DNA of 64,000 nucleotides from Candidatus Buchananbacteria bacterium (GCA_041664165.1 JBAYLH010000002.1:9665-73664), one strand, 5' to 3'; shown: positions 1-10,208, counted from the stretch's first letter. A program made the numbers and translations. The notes: generated by a model from the letters alone, not told the origin.

Positions 1-357
1 CAATATTCGGCCGCCCTGGAGTACAAAAATTTGATTTTTGATCCCAACCAGGACAATTCTTTGCTTTTGGTCTCCAAATACGGTTTGATTAAAACCAATG
101 ACGGCGGAAAAAATTGGGAAGCGATTAAATTAATTACGCCGCCGTCGACTACCGATATTTATTCAGTGGCGATAAATCCTAAAAATAACTTGGAAATTTA
201 TTATGCGACCGCCTCGACTTTTTATAAAACCGTTGACGGCGGAAAAAATTGGGTAACCAAAAGATTGCCGACCGCGGCGGTGGCAACTTATTTGATTATT
301 GACCCCAATGACCAAAATATAATTTATCTGGGATTAGCTAACTTAAATAGAAAATAA
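1..357 (+). CDS. BNR/Asp-box repeat (beta-propeller) protein, 5'-partial
   Basis: Frame open from base 1; two Asp-box motifs (TNDGGKNW, TVDGGKNW). Confidence 0.75.
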   Translation, partial: QYSAALEYKNLIFDPNQDNSLLLVSKYGLIKTNDGGKNWEAIKLITPPSTTDIYSVAINPKNNLEIYYATASTFYKTVDGGKNWVTKRLPTAAVATYLIIDPNDQNIIYLGLANLNRK

Positions 358-362
358 AAAAT

Positions 363-917
363 ATGGCAACCCTACTTGATAATTACAAATCAGACTTTGA
401 TAAATCTTTGGAAAATCTCAAGGCCGACTTGGCGACTTTGCGGGTCGGCCGGGCCAATCCGATGATTGTCGAAAATATTTTTGTCGAGGCTTATGGCGTT
501 AAAACCCCGCTGAAACAGCTGGCCTCAATCGCGGTGCCGGAAGCCAGAACGATTTTGATCCAGCCCTGGGACAAGGCAATTGCCAAGGATATCGAAAAAG
601 CGATTATAATTGCCGATATCGGGATTAATCCGGTTAATGAAGGCCAGCAGATTCGTTTAACCGTACCTCAGCTGACCGAGGAAAGCCGGAAAGAATTGAC
701 CAGGTCGGTCGGCGAAAAAATGGAAAAAACCAGAATTATTATCAGGCAATTGCGGGATAAAGCCAGAGAAGAGGCAGTTAAACAGGAAAAAAATAAAGAA
801 ATCACGGAAGACGATAAATATGATTTTCAGAAGAAGTTAGACGAAATTATTAAAGATTACAACGATCAGATTAAAGAAATCGGCGCGAAAAAAGAGCAGG
901 AGATAATGACTTTATAA
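363..917 (+). CDS. frr: Ribosome recycling factor
   Basis: LRVGRANP, IQPWD, NP..EGQ.IR...P.LTEE.RKEL motifs; 184 aa. Confidence 0.97.
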   Translation: MATLLDNYKSDFDKSLENLKADLATLRVGRANPMIVENIFVEAYGVKTPLKQLASIAVPEARTILIQPWDKAIAKDIEKAIIIADIGINPVNEGQQIRLTVPQLTEESRKELTRSVGEKMEKTRIIIRQLRDKAREEAVKQEKNKEITEDDKYDFQKKLDEIIKDYNDQIKEIGAKKEQEIMTL

Positions 918-1029
918 TTGCTAGTGAGGGATAAATGAACACTTGTGTCCACTTGAATTCAACGACGCAATTGCATGGATAGGTTTACTCGGGTTTTAAT
1001 CAATTTAAATTAATAACTGACTATAAATT

Positions 1030-2340
1030 ATGTTTTTGACAGTGATCACCTTTTTTGCGGTTTTAGGGGTTTTAGTCATTGCCCACGAGCTGGGTCATTT
1101 TTTTGCCGCCCGCCGAGGTGGAGTTAGAGTGGATGAATTTGGCTTCGGCCTGCCGCCCAGAGTTTTTGGCGTTAAAGTCTTGGCCGGCGAAAAACTGGAA
1201 AAAATCGCCCAAACCGAAGACATTAGTATCGATATTGAAAAAAGCGATTCTGTCATCAAAGAAGTCATTACTGACAAAGTTACGGAAATCGATCGAGTTA
1301 AAAAAATAAAAAAGTGGCAATTTGTCTGGGGTAATCAAGCGGAGCCGAAAAATGACAGCGATTTGAAACCGGGAACGATTTATTCTTTAAACTGGATTCC
1401 GCTCGGCGGGTTTGTCAAAATCAAAGGCGAAGAAGGCCAATCGGCCACTGACGAAGACAGCTTTGCCCATAAAGGCGTTTGGCGCCGGATTTGGATCGTT
1501 TCAGCCGGGGTCTTGATGAACCTGATTTTAGCGGCAGTTTTGTTAACCATTATTTTTGCCGTCGGTTCGCCGCAGTTTATCGATCAAAAGAAAATTTCCA
1601 ATTTAGCCCGAGTCAGCGACGTCAAAATCAGAGTTGTTGAAGTTTTGCCCGATTCACCGGCGGCTAAGGCCGATTTAAAAGTTAGCGATACGATTTTAAC
1701 CATTGATGGCCAGACTTTTGTAAAAATTGACGAATTGCAAAATTATATTAATGGTAAAATCAATCAGCCAATCAAATTGGAAGTCCAGCGTGAGAGCGAA
1801 TTTTTAACCAAAGAAATAACGCCCCAGGTTTTAACCGAAACTCAAAAAGGGGGAATGGGCGTGGCTTTAGTCCAGACGGCTTTTGTTTCTTATCCCTGGT
1901 ATATCGCCTGGTGGTACGGCATCACTGAAACTTTGACCATGGTCTGGGGAGTAATTTCCGGCTTTTATTTGATTATTAAAAATTTGCTGTTCAGCCATCA
2001 AATGATCGGCGATGTTTACGGGCCGATTGGCATTGCGACGCTAGTCGGGGATGCCGCCCGGATGGGCTTTTTGTACCTGGTTCAGTTTACCGCGGTTTTA
2101 TCGATTATTATCGCGGTGATTAATTTTTTGCCGTTTCCGGCTTTGGATGGCGGCCGGGTTTTGTTTTTATTAATCGAAGCGGTTCGCGGCCGGCCGGTGA
2201 ACCAGAAATTTGAAAATGCCCTGCATAATCTCGGCTTTGCCTTATTGATGATTTTATTTGTGGTGGTAACTTTCCGCGATATTGCCCGGCTGTCTTCGGG
2301 GTTTTTGACCTGGTGGCAAAATCTGACCAGATTATTTTAA
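1030..2340 (+). CDS. rseP: RIP metalloprotease RseP (M50) with PDZ domain
   Basis: HELGH, IPLGGFVKI, PDZ (DSPAAKA), NFLPFPALDGGR. Confidence 0.95.
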   Translation: MFLTVITFFAVLGVLVIAHELGHFFAARRGGVRVDEFGFGLPPRVFGVKVLAGEKLEKIAQTEDISIDIEKSDSVIKEVITDKVTEIDRVKKIKKWQFVWGNQAEPKNDSDLKPGTIYSLNWIPLGGFVKIKGEEGQSATDEDSFAHKGVWRRIWIVSAGVLMNLILAAVLLTIIFAVGSPQFIDQKKISNLARVSDVKIRVVEVLPDSPAAKADLKVSDTILTIDGQTFVKIDELQNYINGKINQPIKLEVQRESEFLTKEITPQVLTETQKGGMGVALVQTAFVSYPWYIAWWYGITETLTMVWGVISGFYLIIKNLLFSHQMIGDVYGPIGIATLVGDAARMGFLYLVQFTAVLSIIIAVINFLPFPALDGGRVLFLLIEAVRGRPVNQKFENALHNLGFALLMILFVVVTFRDIARLSSGFLTWWQNLTRLF

Positions 2341-2348
2341 CCAAACCA

Positions 2349-2729
2349 ATGAGAATATTTTTACCCTTTGATTTCAATTTGAACCTGCCGGTTTTTCTGC
2401 GCCGAGCCGGTTATGCTGAATTCAACGATCCCAATACCGGCAAGACCAGCTATACCAAAAGATTTACCCGCGATTTTTATCCTCGGTTTCATATTTATGC
2501 CGAAAGCACTGACGGCCAGACTTTTCTCAACTTGCACTTAGACCAAAAAAAAGCTTCTTACAAGGGTTATTCCGCCCACAATGCCGAATATGACGGGGCA
2601 GTGGTAGAACGCGAAGGAGCCAGGCTTTCAGGCTTAGTAAAAAATGAGATGGATAATCAGAGTCAGTCCGTAAAGCCAGTTGCCGAGGAAAAGAAAAGTT
2701 TTTGGCAAAAAATATTTAAGCAAGACTAA
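2349..2729 (+). CDS. Conserved hypothetical protein
   Basis: ATG at 2349 just after rseP stop; motif-like YPRFHIY..NLHLDQKK.SY.G..AH.AEYDG. Confidence 0.7.
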   Translation: MRIFLPFDFNLNLPVFLRRAGYAEFNDPNTGKTSYTKRFTRDFYPRFHIYAESTDGQTFLNLHLDQKKASYKGYSAHNAEYDGAVVEREGARLSGLVKNEMDNQSQSVKPVAEEKKSFWQKIFKQD

Positions 2730-2742
2730 TTTTTTAATTTTT

Positions 2743-3987
2743 ATGTTGCAATCAAAATTATTTGGTAAAACCCTCAAAGAACCGCCGAAAGACGAAGTCA
2801 GCATTAACGCCATATTTTTGACTCGGGGCGGCTTTGTCGATAAATTAACCGCCGGCGTTTATACTTATTTGCCGCTCGGCCTGCGGGTTTTGAATAAGGT
2901 CAAGCAAATTGTTCGGGAGGAAATGGATGCGATTTCCGGCCAGGAAATTTTAATGCCGGCCATTCAGCCCAAAGAAATTTGGCAAACCACCGGCCGCTGG
3001 ACCGATCCGGGCAAAGAAGTGATGTTTCAGTTCAAAGGCCGAAGTGACAAAGAGTTCGGCTTAGGCTGGACGCACGAAGAAGTCGTCACGCCGCTGGTGA
3101 AAAAATTTGTCAGTTCCTACAAAGACTTGCCGGTGTACCTTTACCAAATCCAGGATAAATTCAGAAGCGAGCCGCGGGCCAAATCCGGGCTAATGCGCGG
3201 CATTGAATTTTCAATGAAAGATTTATACAGTTTTCATCGCGATGAAAAAGATTTGGCGGCTTATTACGAGCAGGCTCTGGCGGCTTACCAAAAAGTTTTT
3301 TCCCGCTGCGGCTTAGACGCGCTAATTACGGAAGCTTCCGGCGGCTCATTTTCAAAATATTCCCATGAATTTCAAGTCTTAACGAATTACGGCGAAGACA
3401 CGATTTTTTATTGCCCCAATTGCGGTTACGCCCAAAATAAAGAAATTACGGAAATTAAAGCCGGCCATAAATGTCCGAAATGCCAAACCGAAAAAATTAA
3501 AGAAGGCAAGGCGATTGAAGTCGGCAATATTTTCCAGCTCAAGACTAAGTATTCAGAACCGTTTAAATTGGAATATGTCGATGAAAACGGCAAAAGAAAA
3601 CCGGTGATAATGGGTTGTTACGGTATCGGGCCGAGCCGGGTGATGGGGGCAGTGGTGGAAATTTTTCACGATGACAAAGGAATTGTTTGGCCGGAAAGCA
3701 TTGCGCCGTTTAAAGTTCATTTGCTGCAAATTGGCCAAGACGAGGCTATTGAAAAAAAGGCTCAGGTGGTCTATAATGAATTACTTAAGCAAAAGATTGA
3801 AGTCTTGTTTGATGACCGGCCAGACGCGACGGCCGGCCAGAAATTCGCTGATGCCGATTTAATCGGTATTCCTAATCGACTGGTAGTTTCGGCTAAGACC
3901 GGCGATAAGATTGAATTCAAAAAACGGAGTGAAAAAGAATCAGTTTTAGTCAGTTTGGCGGAATTAGTCAGAAAAATTGAAAACTAA
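2743..3987 (+). CDS. proS: Proline--tRNA ligase (short form, no INS editing domain)
   Basis: KFRSEPRAKSGLMRGIEFSMKD, IEVGNIFQL, MGCYGIG, anticodon-binding domain; ATG at 2743. Confidence 0.95.
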   Translation: MLQSKLFGKTLKEPPKDEVSINAIFLTRGGFVDKLTAGVYTYLPLGLRVLNKVKQIVREEMDAISGQEILMPAIQPKEIWQTTGRWTDPGKEVMFQFKGRSDKEFGLGWTHEEVVTPLVKKFVSSYKDLPVYLYQIQDKFRSEPRAKSGLMRGIEFSMKDLYSFHRDEKDLAAYYEQALAAYQKVFSRCGLDALITEASGGSFSKYSHEFQVLTNYGEDTIFYCPNCGYAQNKEITEIKAGHKCPKCQTEKIKEGKAIEVGNIFQLKTKYSEPFKLEYVDENGKRKPVIMGCYGIGPSRVMGAVVEIFHDDKGIVWPESIAPFKVHLLQIGQDEAIEKKAQVVYNELLKQKIEVLFDDRPDATAGQKFADADLIGIPNRLVVSAKTGDKIEFKKRSEKESVLVSLAELVRKIEN

Positions 3988-3998
3988 AGTCGTATTAG

Positions 3999-4055
3999 AA
4001 ACTTAAGTAAATCAAGCTTACTGGCTTAATTTGCTTACTAGCTTAATTTACTTTT
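3999..4055. repeat. Degenerate short (~8-nt) tandem repeats
   Basis: Recurrent GCTTA/ACTT units (aagcttactggcttaatttgcttactagcttaatttactt). Confidence 0.5.
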
Positions 4056-4057
4056 CT

Positions 4058-5122
4058 ATGGCCATATTTAACCGCTTATTCAAAAAATTCTCCAAAGATG
4101 TCGGGATTGACTTAGGCACCGCCAATACTTTAATTTACGTTAAAGAACGCGGGATTGTGGTCAAAGAATCTTCCATCGTGGCGTTGAATAACCGCACGGA
4201 TCAAATTTTAGCCGTGGGCGAAGAAGCCGCCCGGATGGTGGGCAAAACCCCGCCGCACATTACGATTTCCCGGCCGCTGGTTGACGGCATTATTTCGGAT
4301 TTCGAAGTAACGGAAAAAATGCTCAAATATTTCATTGATCGGATTTATCAGGAAAGTTTCGGCTTGTCGCCGCGGCCGCGGGTTGTTATCGGCGTGCCAC
4401 TCGATGTAACCGAAGTGGAAAAAAAAGCCGTTGAAGACGTCGTCTTATCCGCCGGGGCGCGGGAAGTTTATTTGGTGGAAAATGTCATTGCCACCGCCAT
4501 TGGCGCGCGGCTGCCGATTCAGGATCCGTCCGGCAATATGATTGTTGATTTGGGCGGCGGCGTAACCGAAATTGCCGTGATTTCGCTTTCCGGCGTTGTC
4601 GCTTGGAAATCTTTGCGCACGGCTGGCAACAAACTCAACCAGGACGTGATGCAGTTTGCCCGCAGCGAATTTAACCTCTTAATCGGCGAAGGCGTAGCGG
4701 AAGATATTAAAATCAAAGCGGCCAAGATTATCGAATCGGGCGAACCGATTGAATTAAAAATGCGGGGCCGAGATTTGCTGACCGGTTTGCCGAAAGAAGT
4801 GATTATTAATGCCGAACAAGTCAAAGCCGCTTTGCAGCGTTCCGTTTTGACCATTATCGAAGGGATTAAAAGCACTTTGGAAATCACGCCGCCGGAATTA
4901 GTGGCCGACATTTATCAGCGGGGCATGGTTTTGGCCGGCGGCGGCGCGCTGCTCGCCGGGTTGGATCAGGCGATCGCCAAGGCCACCAAAATTCCGATTA
5001 AAGTTATTGAAGATCCCATCACTTGCGCGGTGCGGGGCATGGGCTTGATTTTGGAAGATGAAAATCTGCTCAAAGAAGTGGCGATTCCTTCTTCGACCCA
5101 GGAAGAAAAAAATTCTCGTTAA
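4058..5122 (+). CDS. mreB: Rod shape-determining protein MreB
   Basis: GIDLGTANT, VDLGGG, LAGGGALL; first gene of mreBCD. Confidence 0.96.
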   Translation: MAIFNRLFKKFSKDVGIDLGTANTLIYVKERGIVVKESSIVALNNRTDQILAVGEEAARMVGKTPPHITISRPLVDGIISDFEVTEKMLKYFIDRIYQESFGLSPRPRVVIGVPLDVTEVEKKAVEDVVLSAGAREVYLVENVIATAIGARLPIQDPSGNMIVDLGGGVTEIAVISLSGVVAWKSLRTAGNKLNQDVMQFARSEFNLLIGEGVAEDIKIKAAKIIESGEPIELKMRGRDLLTGLPKEVIINAEQVKAALQRSVLTIIEGIKSTLEITPPELVADIYQRGMVLAGGGALLAGLDQAIAKATKIPIKVIEDPITCAVRGMGLILEDENLLKEVAIPSSTQEEKNSR

Positions 5123-5128
5123 AAAAAT

Positions 5129-5944
5129 ATGGTTAAATTCGTCCGATCAAGCCGTTTATCTTTGGTTTTATTAGCAGTGGCAGTTCTGCTAATTTTTTTG
5201 CATTATCTTGGAATCTTAGTACCAGTCGAGAATTTGCTGATTAGAATTTTGTCGCCGATCCAGTCGTCAGTCTATTCCGCCGGCGCCAAGATTAACAGTT
5301 TTTATACGGGTTTTTCCGCCAGTAAAGATTTGAAAACGGAAAACAAAAAATTGCAGAAAGATAATGACCGGCTGGCGGTTGAAAATTCCCAGCTAAAAAC
5401 CCAGCTAGGAGATTTTCAGCAATTGAAAATCCAAAATGATTTTTTGGTTCAGGCTAATATTTCCGCCATTACCGCCAAAGTGATTGGTAAAAATCCCGAG
5501 CCGAATTACCAGGCAATTATATTGGATAAAGGCAGTAACGACGGCGTGGCCGTTGATTTGCCGCTGATTACCGGCAATGGCTTGGTTATCGGCAAAATTT
5601 TTCGGGTTAAAAGCAACAGTTCCGAAGCCATTTTGGTCAATGATTCCCGCAGCCGAATTGCGGCGATGGTGCAAAATGAAAAAAACAGCAAAGGGGCGGT
5701 AGTCGGCGAGCACGGCTTAAGCTTGAAAATTGAAATGATTCCGCAAAATGAAGCGGTTAAAGTCGGCGATATTGTCGTTACTTCGGGTTTGGAACCGACG
5801 ATTCCCCGCGGCTTGATTATCGGCAAAATCAGCCGGCTGGTTAACGAACCAAACAGTTTTTTCCAAACGGCCTGGCTGCAGTCAATGATTAAGCTCGACG
5901 ATTTAACCGTGGTTTCAATTCTGAAAAATCAAAATTATGATTAA
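5129..5944 (+). CDS. mreC: Rod shape-determining protein MreC
   Basis: TM + coiled coil + LDKGSNDGV, GDIVVTSGL...PRGLIIG. Confidence 0.93.
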   Translation: MVKFVRSSRLSLVLLAVAVLLIFLHYLGILVPVENLLIRILSPIQSSVYSAGAKINSFYTGFSASKDLKTENKKLQKDNDRLAVENSQLKTQLGDFQQLKIQNDFLVQANISAITAKVIGKNPEPNYQAIILDKGSNDGVAVDLPLITGNGLVIGKIFRVKSNSSEAILVNDSRSRIAAMVQNEKNSKGAVVGEHGLSLKIEMIPQNEAVKVGDIVVTSGLEPTIPRGLIIGKISRLVNEPNSFFQTAWLQSMIKLDDLTVVSILKNQNYD

Positions 5945-6461
5945 TATTTTGTTTGGCATAATTTCCCTGCTGATTTTAGGCATCGTTCAGATTAGTTTTT
6001 TAACGACTTGGCCGCTGCCGGTCAGCAGCTTGAATTTAGTTTTAAGCCTGGTGATTTTTTTGACGGTGATGATTAATTATCAGAAAGGCTTGTGGTGGGC
6101 GCTTGGCGCCGGACTTTTTTTGGAGCTTTATTCCGGCGCGATGTTTGGCATTACGACCTTGAGCCTGATTATGACGGTTTTGGGAGTTAATTTTTTGTTT
6201 AATAATTTTTTCACCAACCGATCGCTTTATTCTTTGGTAATTTTAGGCTTTTTCGGCAGTGTGATTTACAATTTGCTAATTTTAAGCTTAAACTTCATCG
6301 GCGTCTTGTTGAAGCAGAATGTCTATTTTTTATTCTTTGATTTTTGGTCGCAGTTTTTTTGGCAGCCGGTTTTCAACGTTTTGGTTTTGATGGTTATTTT
6401 CTTTGCTTATTATCTCTCAACCGGCCGATTAAAAAATCTATTTTTATTCCCTGCCAATTAA
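5937..6461 (+). CDS. mreD: Rod shape-determining protein MreD
   Basis: Polytopic membrane protein between mreC and mrdA; GLFLELYS..FG. Confidence 0.8.
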   Translation: MINILFGIISLLILGIVQISFLTTWPLPVSSLNLVLSLVIFLTVMINYQKGLWWALGAGLFLELYSGAMFGITTLSLIMTVLGVNFLFNNFFTNRSLYSLVILGFFGSVIYNLLILSLNFIGVLLKQNVYFLFFDFWSQFFWQPVFNVLVLMVIFFAYYLSTGRLKNLFLFPAN

Positions 6462-6462
6462 T

Positions 6463-8421
6463 ATGAAACTGAAGCTGAACGCCGATCCATTTTCCCTTAC
6501 GGCCGGAAATTCCAAGCTCAACAGCTACCAAGTCAGGAGCCGGCCCAAAGGCAGATGGTTTGAGGTTGATTCTTTTACGGACCGAAAAAATCGAACCGGC
6601 AACGGATCGGTTGGTTTTTATATTGATGAAAAAATTATTAATCTATGGCTTTGGTTTGTTATTTTTTGTATTTTTATCCTAGTCGTCCGGGTTGCTTATT
6701 TGCAGCTTTACCGCAGCTCATATTTTAGCAGCGTCGCCGAAGGCAACCGGATCAGGATCGCCGACATCAAAGCCACGCGGGGAGTAATTTATGACCGGTT
6801 TAACAAATTATTGGTCGAAAATTTTCCGGTTTTTTCTTTGGCCGTGATTCCGGTTGATTTGCCGAAAACCGAAGCCGAAAAAAATAAATTAATCAAAGAG
6901 CTGGCCAAACTTTCCGGCCAGTCGGAGCCGGATATTAATAAATTAATCGGCGGTCAAAAAATTTATTCCTACCAGCCGGTAATTTTAAAAGAAAATCTGA
7001 CCCAAGACGAGGCGATTTTGGCGCGGGTTTTGAGCAGTCATTTTTCCAGCGTCGTTTTGCAGGCCAACGAAAGCCGCCATTATCTGATGGCCCAAGATAA
7101 TCCCGGTCTTTCCCACGTTTTAGGCTATGAGGGCAAAATTGAGGAAAATAAGCTCGATGCCTATTTAAATCAAGGCTATTCTTTTGATGATTATGTCGGT
7201 AAAGCCGGCGTTGAATTGACTTATGAGACGGAACTCAAGGGTGTAAACGGCAAAGAGCAGGTTGAAGTCGATGCGACCGGCCAGGCGAAAGAAATTTTAG
7301 CCCAGCAAAAGCCGGTCTCGGGAAAAAATTTAGTTTTAACCATTGATGCTGATTTGCAAAAAGTCGCGGAAACTAGCTTGGCCAAAACTCTGGCGGCTAA
7401 TCATAAGCAGAAAGGGGTTGTAATCGCCTTAGACCCCAATTCCGGGGAGGTTTTGGCTTTAGTCAGCCTGCCTTCTTTTGACAACAATTTATTCAGCAAG
7501 GCTTTAAGCCAGCAAGATTCCGATAATTTATTTAATAATCCGGACCAGCCTTTGTTTTTTCGAGCGATCAGCGGGGAATATCCGCCCGGTTCGACTTTTA
7601 AGCTGATTATCAGCGCCGCGGCTTTGCAGGAGGGGATAATCGACTCAAATACCAGTTTTCAGAGCGTCGGCGGCATTCGCGTCAACCAGTGGTTTTTTCC
7701 GGATTGGAAAGCCGGCGGCCATGGCTGGACCAATGTTACTAAAGCCTTAGCTGAATCGATTAATACCTTTTTTTATATTATCGGCGGCGGGTACAATGAT
7801 TTTAAGGGCTTAGGCGTGGAAAAAATTAAAAAATATGCGGAAATGTTCGGTTTAGGCAAGGAGTTGGGAATTGATTTGCCTAACGAGGGCACTGGCTTTT
7901 TGCCCAGCGAAGATTGGAAAGAAAAAACCAAAAATGAGCTTTGGTATATCGGCGATACTTACCATTTGGCGATCGGCCAAGGCGACGTAACGGTAACGCC
8001 GCTGCAAATTGCCGCCTGGACTTCAGTTTTTGCCAATGGCGGCATTCTATACCAGCCGCACGTCGTTAAAGCTATTTTGGATTCGGAAAATAAGCCCGTA
8101 ACCGAAGTCAAACCTAAAATTTTGAATCAAGGTTTCATCAGTCCAAAAAATATTGATATTGTCAGCCAGGGTTTAAGGCAAGCGGTTTTGAGCGGTAGTG
8201 CTAAAAGCCTGCAAAGCTTGCCCATTACTTCGGCGGCCAAAACCGGCACGGCTCAGTGGTCAACGACGAAAAGTCCCCAGGCCTGGTTTACCGCTTATGC
8301 GCCCTATGAAAGTCCTAAAATTGTCGTGACGGTTTTAGTCGAAGAGGGCGGTGAAGGCAGTACAGTTGGCTTGCCGATAGCCAAAGAGGTCTTAGATTGG
8401 TGGGCCAAAAACCGGCAATAA
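6463..8421 (+). CDS. mrdA: Penicillin-binding protein 2
   Basis: PGSTFK (SxxK), ESIN (SxN), KTGTAQ; RGVIYDR dimerisation motif. Confidence 0.95.
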   Translation: MKLKLNADPFSLTAGNSKLNSYQVRSRPKGRWFEVDSFTDRKNRTGNGSVGFYIDEKIINLWLWFVIFCIFILVVRVAYLQLYRSSYFSSVAEGNRIRIADIKATRGVIYDRFNKLLVENFPVFSLAVIPVDLPKTEAEKNKLIKELAKLSGQSEPDINKLIGGQKIYSYQPVILKENLTQDEAILARVLSSHFSSVVLQANESRHYLMAQDNPGLSHVLGYEGKIEENKLDAYLNQGYSFDDYVGKAGVELTYETELKGVNGKEQVEVDATGQAKEILAQQKPVSGKNLVLTIDADLQKVAETSLAKTLAANHKQKGVVIALDPNSGEVLALVSLPSFDNNLFSKALSQQDSDNLFNNPDQPLFFRAISGEYPPGSTFKLIISAAALQEGIIDSNTSFQSVGGIRVNQWFFPDWKAGGHGWTNVTKALAESINTFFYIIGGGYNDFKGLGVEKIKKYAEMFGLGKELGIDLPNEGTGFLPSEDWKEKTKNELWYIGDTYHLAIGQGDVTVTPLQIAAWTSVFANGGILYQPHVVKAILDSENKPVTEVKPKILNQGFISPKNIDIVSQGLRQAVLSGSAKSLQSLPITSAAKTGTAQWSTTKSPQAWFTAYAPYESPKIVVTVLVEEGGEGSTVGLPIAKEVLDWWAKNRQ

Positions 8422-8555
8422 TGAGCTAATTTTTTAAATTTTATTTGACATAAACTGCAATATATGCTTTACTATCTTGTTAGTTCTTTGACAGATTTTA
8501 GAGCAATAGTTACTTGCAAAAATAGTAGCCATAGCCAAAAGTTACCAATAGTTTT

Positions 8556-8670
8556 GTCATTCTGAGGGAGTCCATAATTATCTGACAGGAAGGACGACCG
8601 AAGAATCTCTAATATCCTTTGAATCCGGTCGCAATGAACTTGTCCAGAAGCGACCTTCGTTTGGGATAAC
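8556..8670. repeat. GTCATT-tagged palindromic (REP-like) element, degenerate pair
   Basis: GTCATTCTGAGGGAG...CGACCGAAGAATCTC followed by GGTCGC...GCGACC hairpin. Confidence 0.55.
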
Positions 8671-8761
8671 AACCTTTGGTGTTTTCTGGCTATGGCTACG
8701 CTGTGTAGTCCGCTGGCATAAACTCGAAATTGGCGAAAAACTCTTGAAAGGAGAACACGCC

Positions 8762-9394
8762 ATGAATAAAGATGGACTGTTAGATCCGCAGACATCGGCT
8801 TTTGGAGGACGTTTACTAACATGCCTTCCTGCCATGCCCGGAGGAGTGGCGCAAGACTGGTTTGATTTTCCGGAGGGATTGCAGGAGTATCTGGCCGGGC
8901 TTGCTACGTCGCCATTTGTCGTCAGGGTTGACCGTTTGGTCAAACCTGTCTACCCGGATTGGGTGAAAGAGGTTCTCCATCCGGAATTGGAGAACACAGG
9001 TCCTGACGAATTCAATCTCAAAACGGATGTCGCGCTGTGGCTCCATGACGGACAGAAGAATGGCGATGTAGTCAACTCCAAATTTGTCTATTATCACCTG
9101 CGAGACAACGGCATGCTTCCTACGTGCCTGAATCTCCAAGACGGCGAAGCGATTCGGGGAAGAGGCATTGCCGTTTTCCGGAAGTTTTTTAGAGATAAAG
9201 AAGTCTTTCTCTGGAAGGCGGTTGTGCAGGATTGTCATGGCTTCATCCGCGTCCCGCATCTCCGTGAGGTCAGATCTCAGGTTGTGGTCGAATGGCGCAG
9301 ACTTGGTGCCGGTTGTTTCGGCGATAACTATCCGGCGGCTCGCTTCACGCTACAAGTAAATATACCCTTTAGACATAAGGGCTTGATCGCTTGA
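8762..9394 (+). CDS. Hypothetical protein, possible DGR target-like protein
   Basis: Strong SD AAAGGAG before ATG 8762; terminator after; NNY-codon-rich C-terminus ending PAARF. Confidence 0.7.
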   Translation: MNKDGLLDPQTSAFGGRLLTCLPAMPGGVAQDWFDFPEGLQEYLAGLATSPFVVRVDRLVKPVYPDWVKEVLHPELENTGPDEFNLKTDVALWLHDGQKNGDVVNSKFVYYHLRDNGMLPTCLNLQDGEAIRGRGIAVFRKFFRDKEVFLWKAVVQDCHGFIRVPHLREVRSQVVVEWRRLGAGCFGDNYPAARFTLQVNIPFRHKGLIA

Positions 9395-9419
9395 GGCGAC
9401 CTTGGACTTGCATCTCATC

Positions 9420-9462
9420 GACTCGCGTTGGTTTCATAGACTGGCGCGGGTCTATTTTTTTT
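9420..9462 (+). terminator. Intrinsic terminator
   Basis: GACTCGCG..CGCGGGTC stem with G-U pairs, then T-run. Confidence 0.65.
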
Positions 9463-9548
9463 ATGCAATTGGTTAAATTACTTTGCTTTTTAGCCAAGCC
9501 ACAATAAACCCAATTATTTGGCTTTTGTGGATAAGTTAGGCCAAATAT

Positions 9549-9577
9549 TTGACATTTTGTAAATGGTCATTTATACT
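9549..9577 (+). promoter_or_regulatory. Sigma70 promoter of greA
   Basis: TTGACA-N17-TATACT; TGTGGATAA box at 9526-9534. Confidence 0.7.
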
Positions 9578-9680
9578 AAGTTTTAGCTTTTAGCGCCGGC
9601 CGCTATTTTTTTAATATCATTATCGGCAGCGGCAAACAAACATTTTTTTAATTTTTAAATCAAAGTATAAATCAAAACTT

Positions 9681-10139
9681 ATGGGCCGAAATTACATTAC
9701 CCAAAACGGCTTGGAAAAGCTGCGGGAAGAGCTGGAGTATCTAAAAAAGAAAAAAATGCCGGAAGTAATCGAAAGAATCGCCCGCGCCAAAGAGCTGGGT
9801 GATCTCTCGGAAAACGCCGAGTATCAAGATGCCAAAGACGAGCAGGGATTTATCGCCGGCCGGATTGTTGAATTGGAAAATTTAATCAACAAATCCGAAA
9901 TTATCAAAGAAAACGGCAGCAAGGAAATGGTAACGGTCGGTTCGACTATCAAAGTAAAATGTGAAGGTAATCATTATCAATATACGATTGTCGGTTCCAA
10001 TGAAGCGGATCCGACCAAAGGCTTGATTTCCAACGAATCGCCGCTGGGTCGGGCGTTTTTGACCAGAAAATTAGGCGACAAAATTCAAGTAATCGTGCCC
10101 AAAGGGGTAATGGAGTGTGAGATTTTGGAGATTGTCTAA
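9681..10139 (+). CDS. greA: Transcription elongation factor GreA
   Basis: GDLSENAEY, ISNESPLGRA. Confidence 0.97.
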   Translation: MGRNYITQNGLEKLREELEYLKKKKMPEVIERIARAKELGDLSENAEYQDAKDEQGFIAGRIVELENLINKSEIIKENGSKEMVTVGSTIKVKCEGNHYQYTIVGSNEADPTKGLISNESPLGRAFLTRKLGDKIQVIVPKGVMECEILEIV

Positions 10140-10162
10140 AAATCGCTAAAACGCTTCAATTT

Positions 10163-10208
10163 GTCATTCCGCACCGGTCTATTAATGACAGGCTGATGCG
10201 GAATCCAG
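10163..10208. repeat. GTCATT-tagged REP-like palindrome
   Basis: GTCATTCCGCAC...TGATGCGGAATCCAG. Confidence 0.7.

Noticed and set aside
8472-9259. Minus-strand ORFs 8472-8822, 8578-8943 and 8816-9259
   Set aside because: They are shadows of the SD-led plus-strand gene and of REP DNA.
9526-9534. oriC
   Set aside because: Single DnaA box; no cluster and no dnaA/dnaN nearby.
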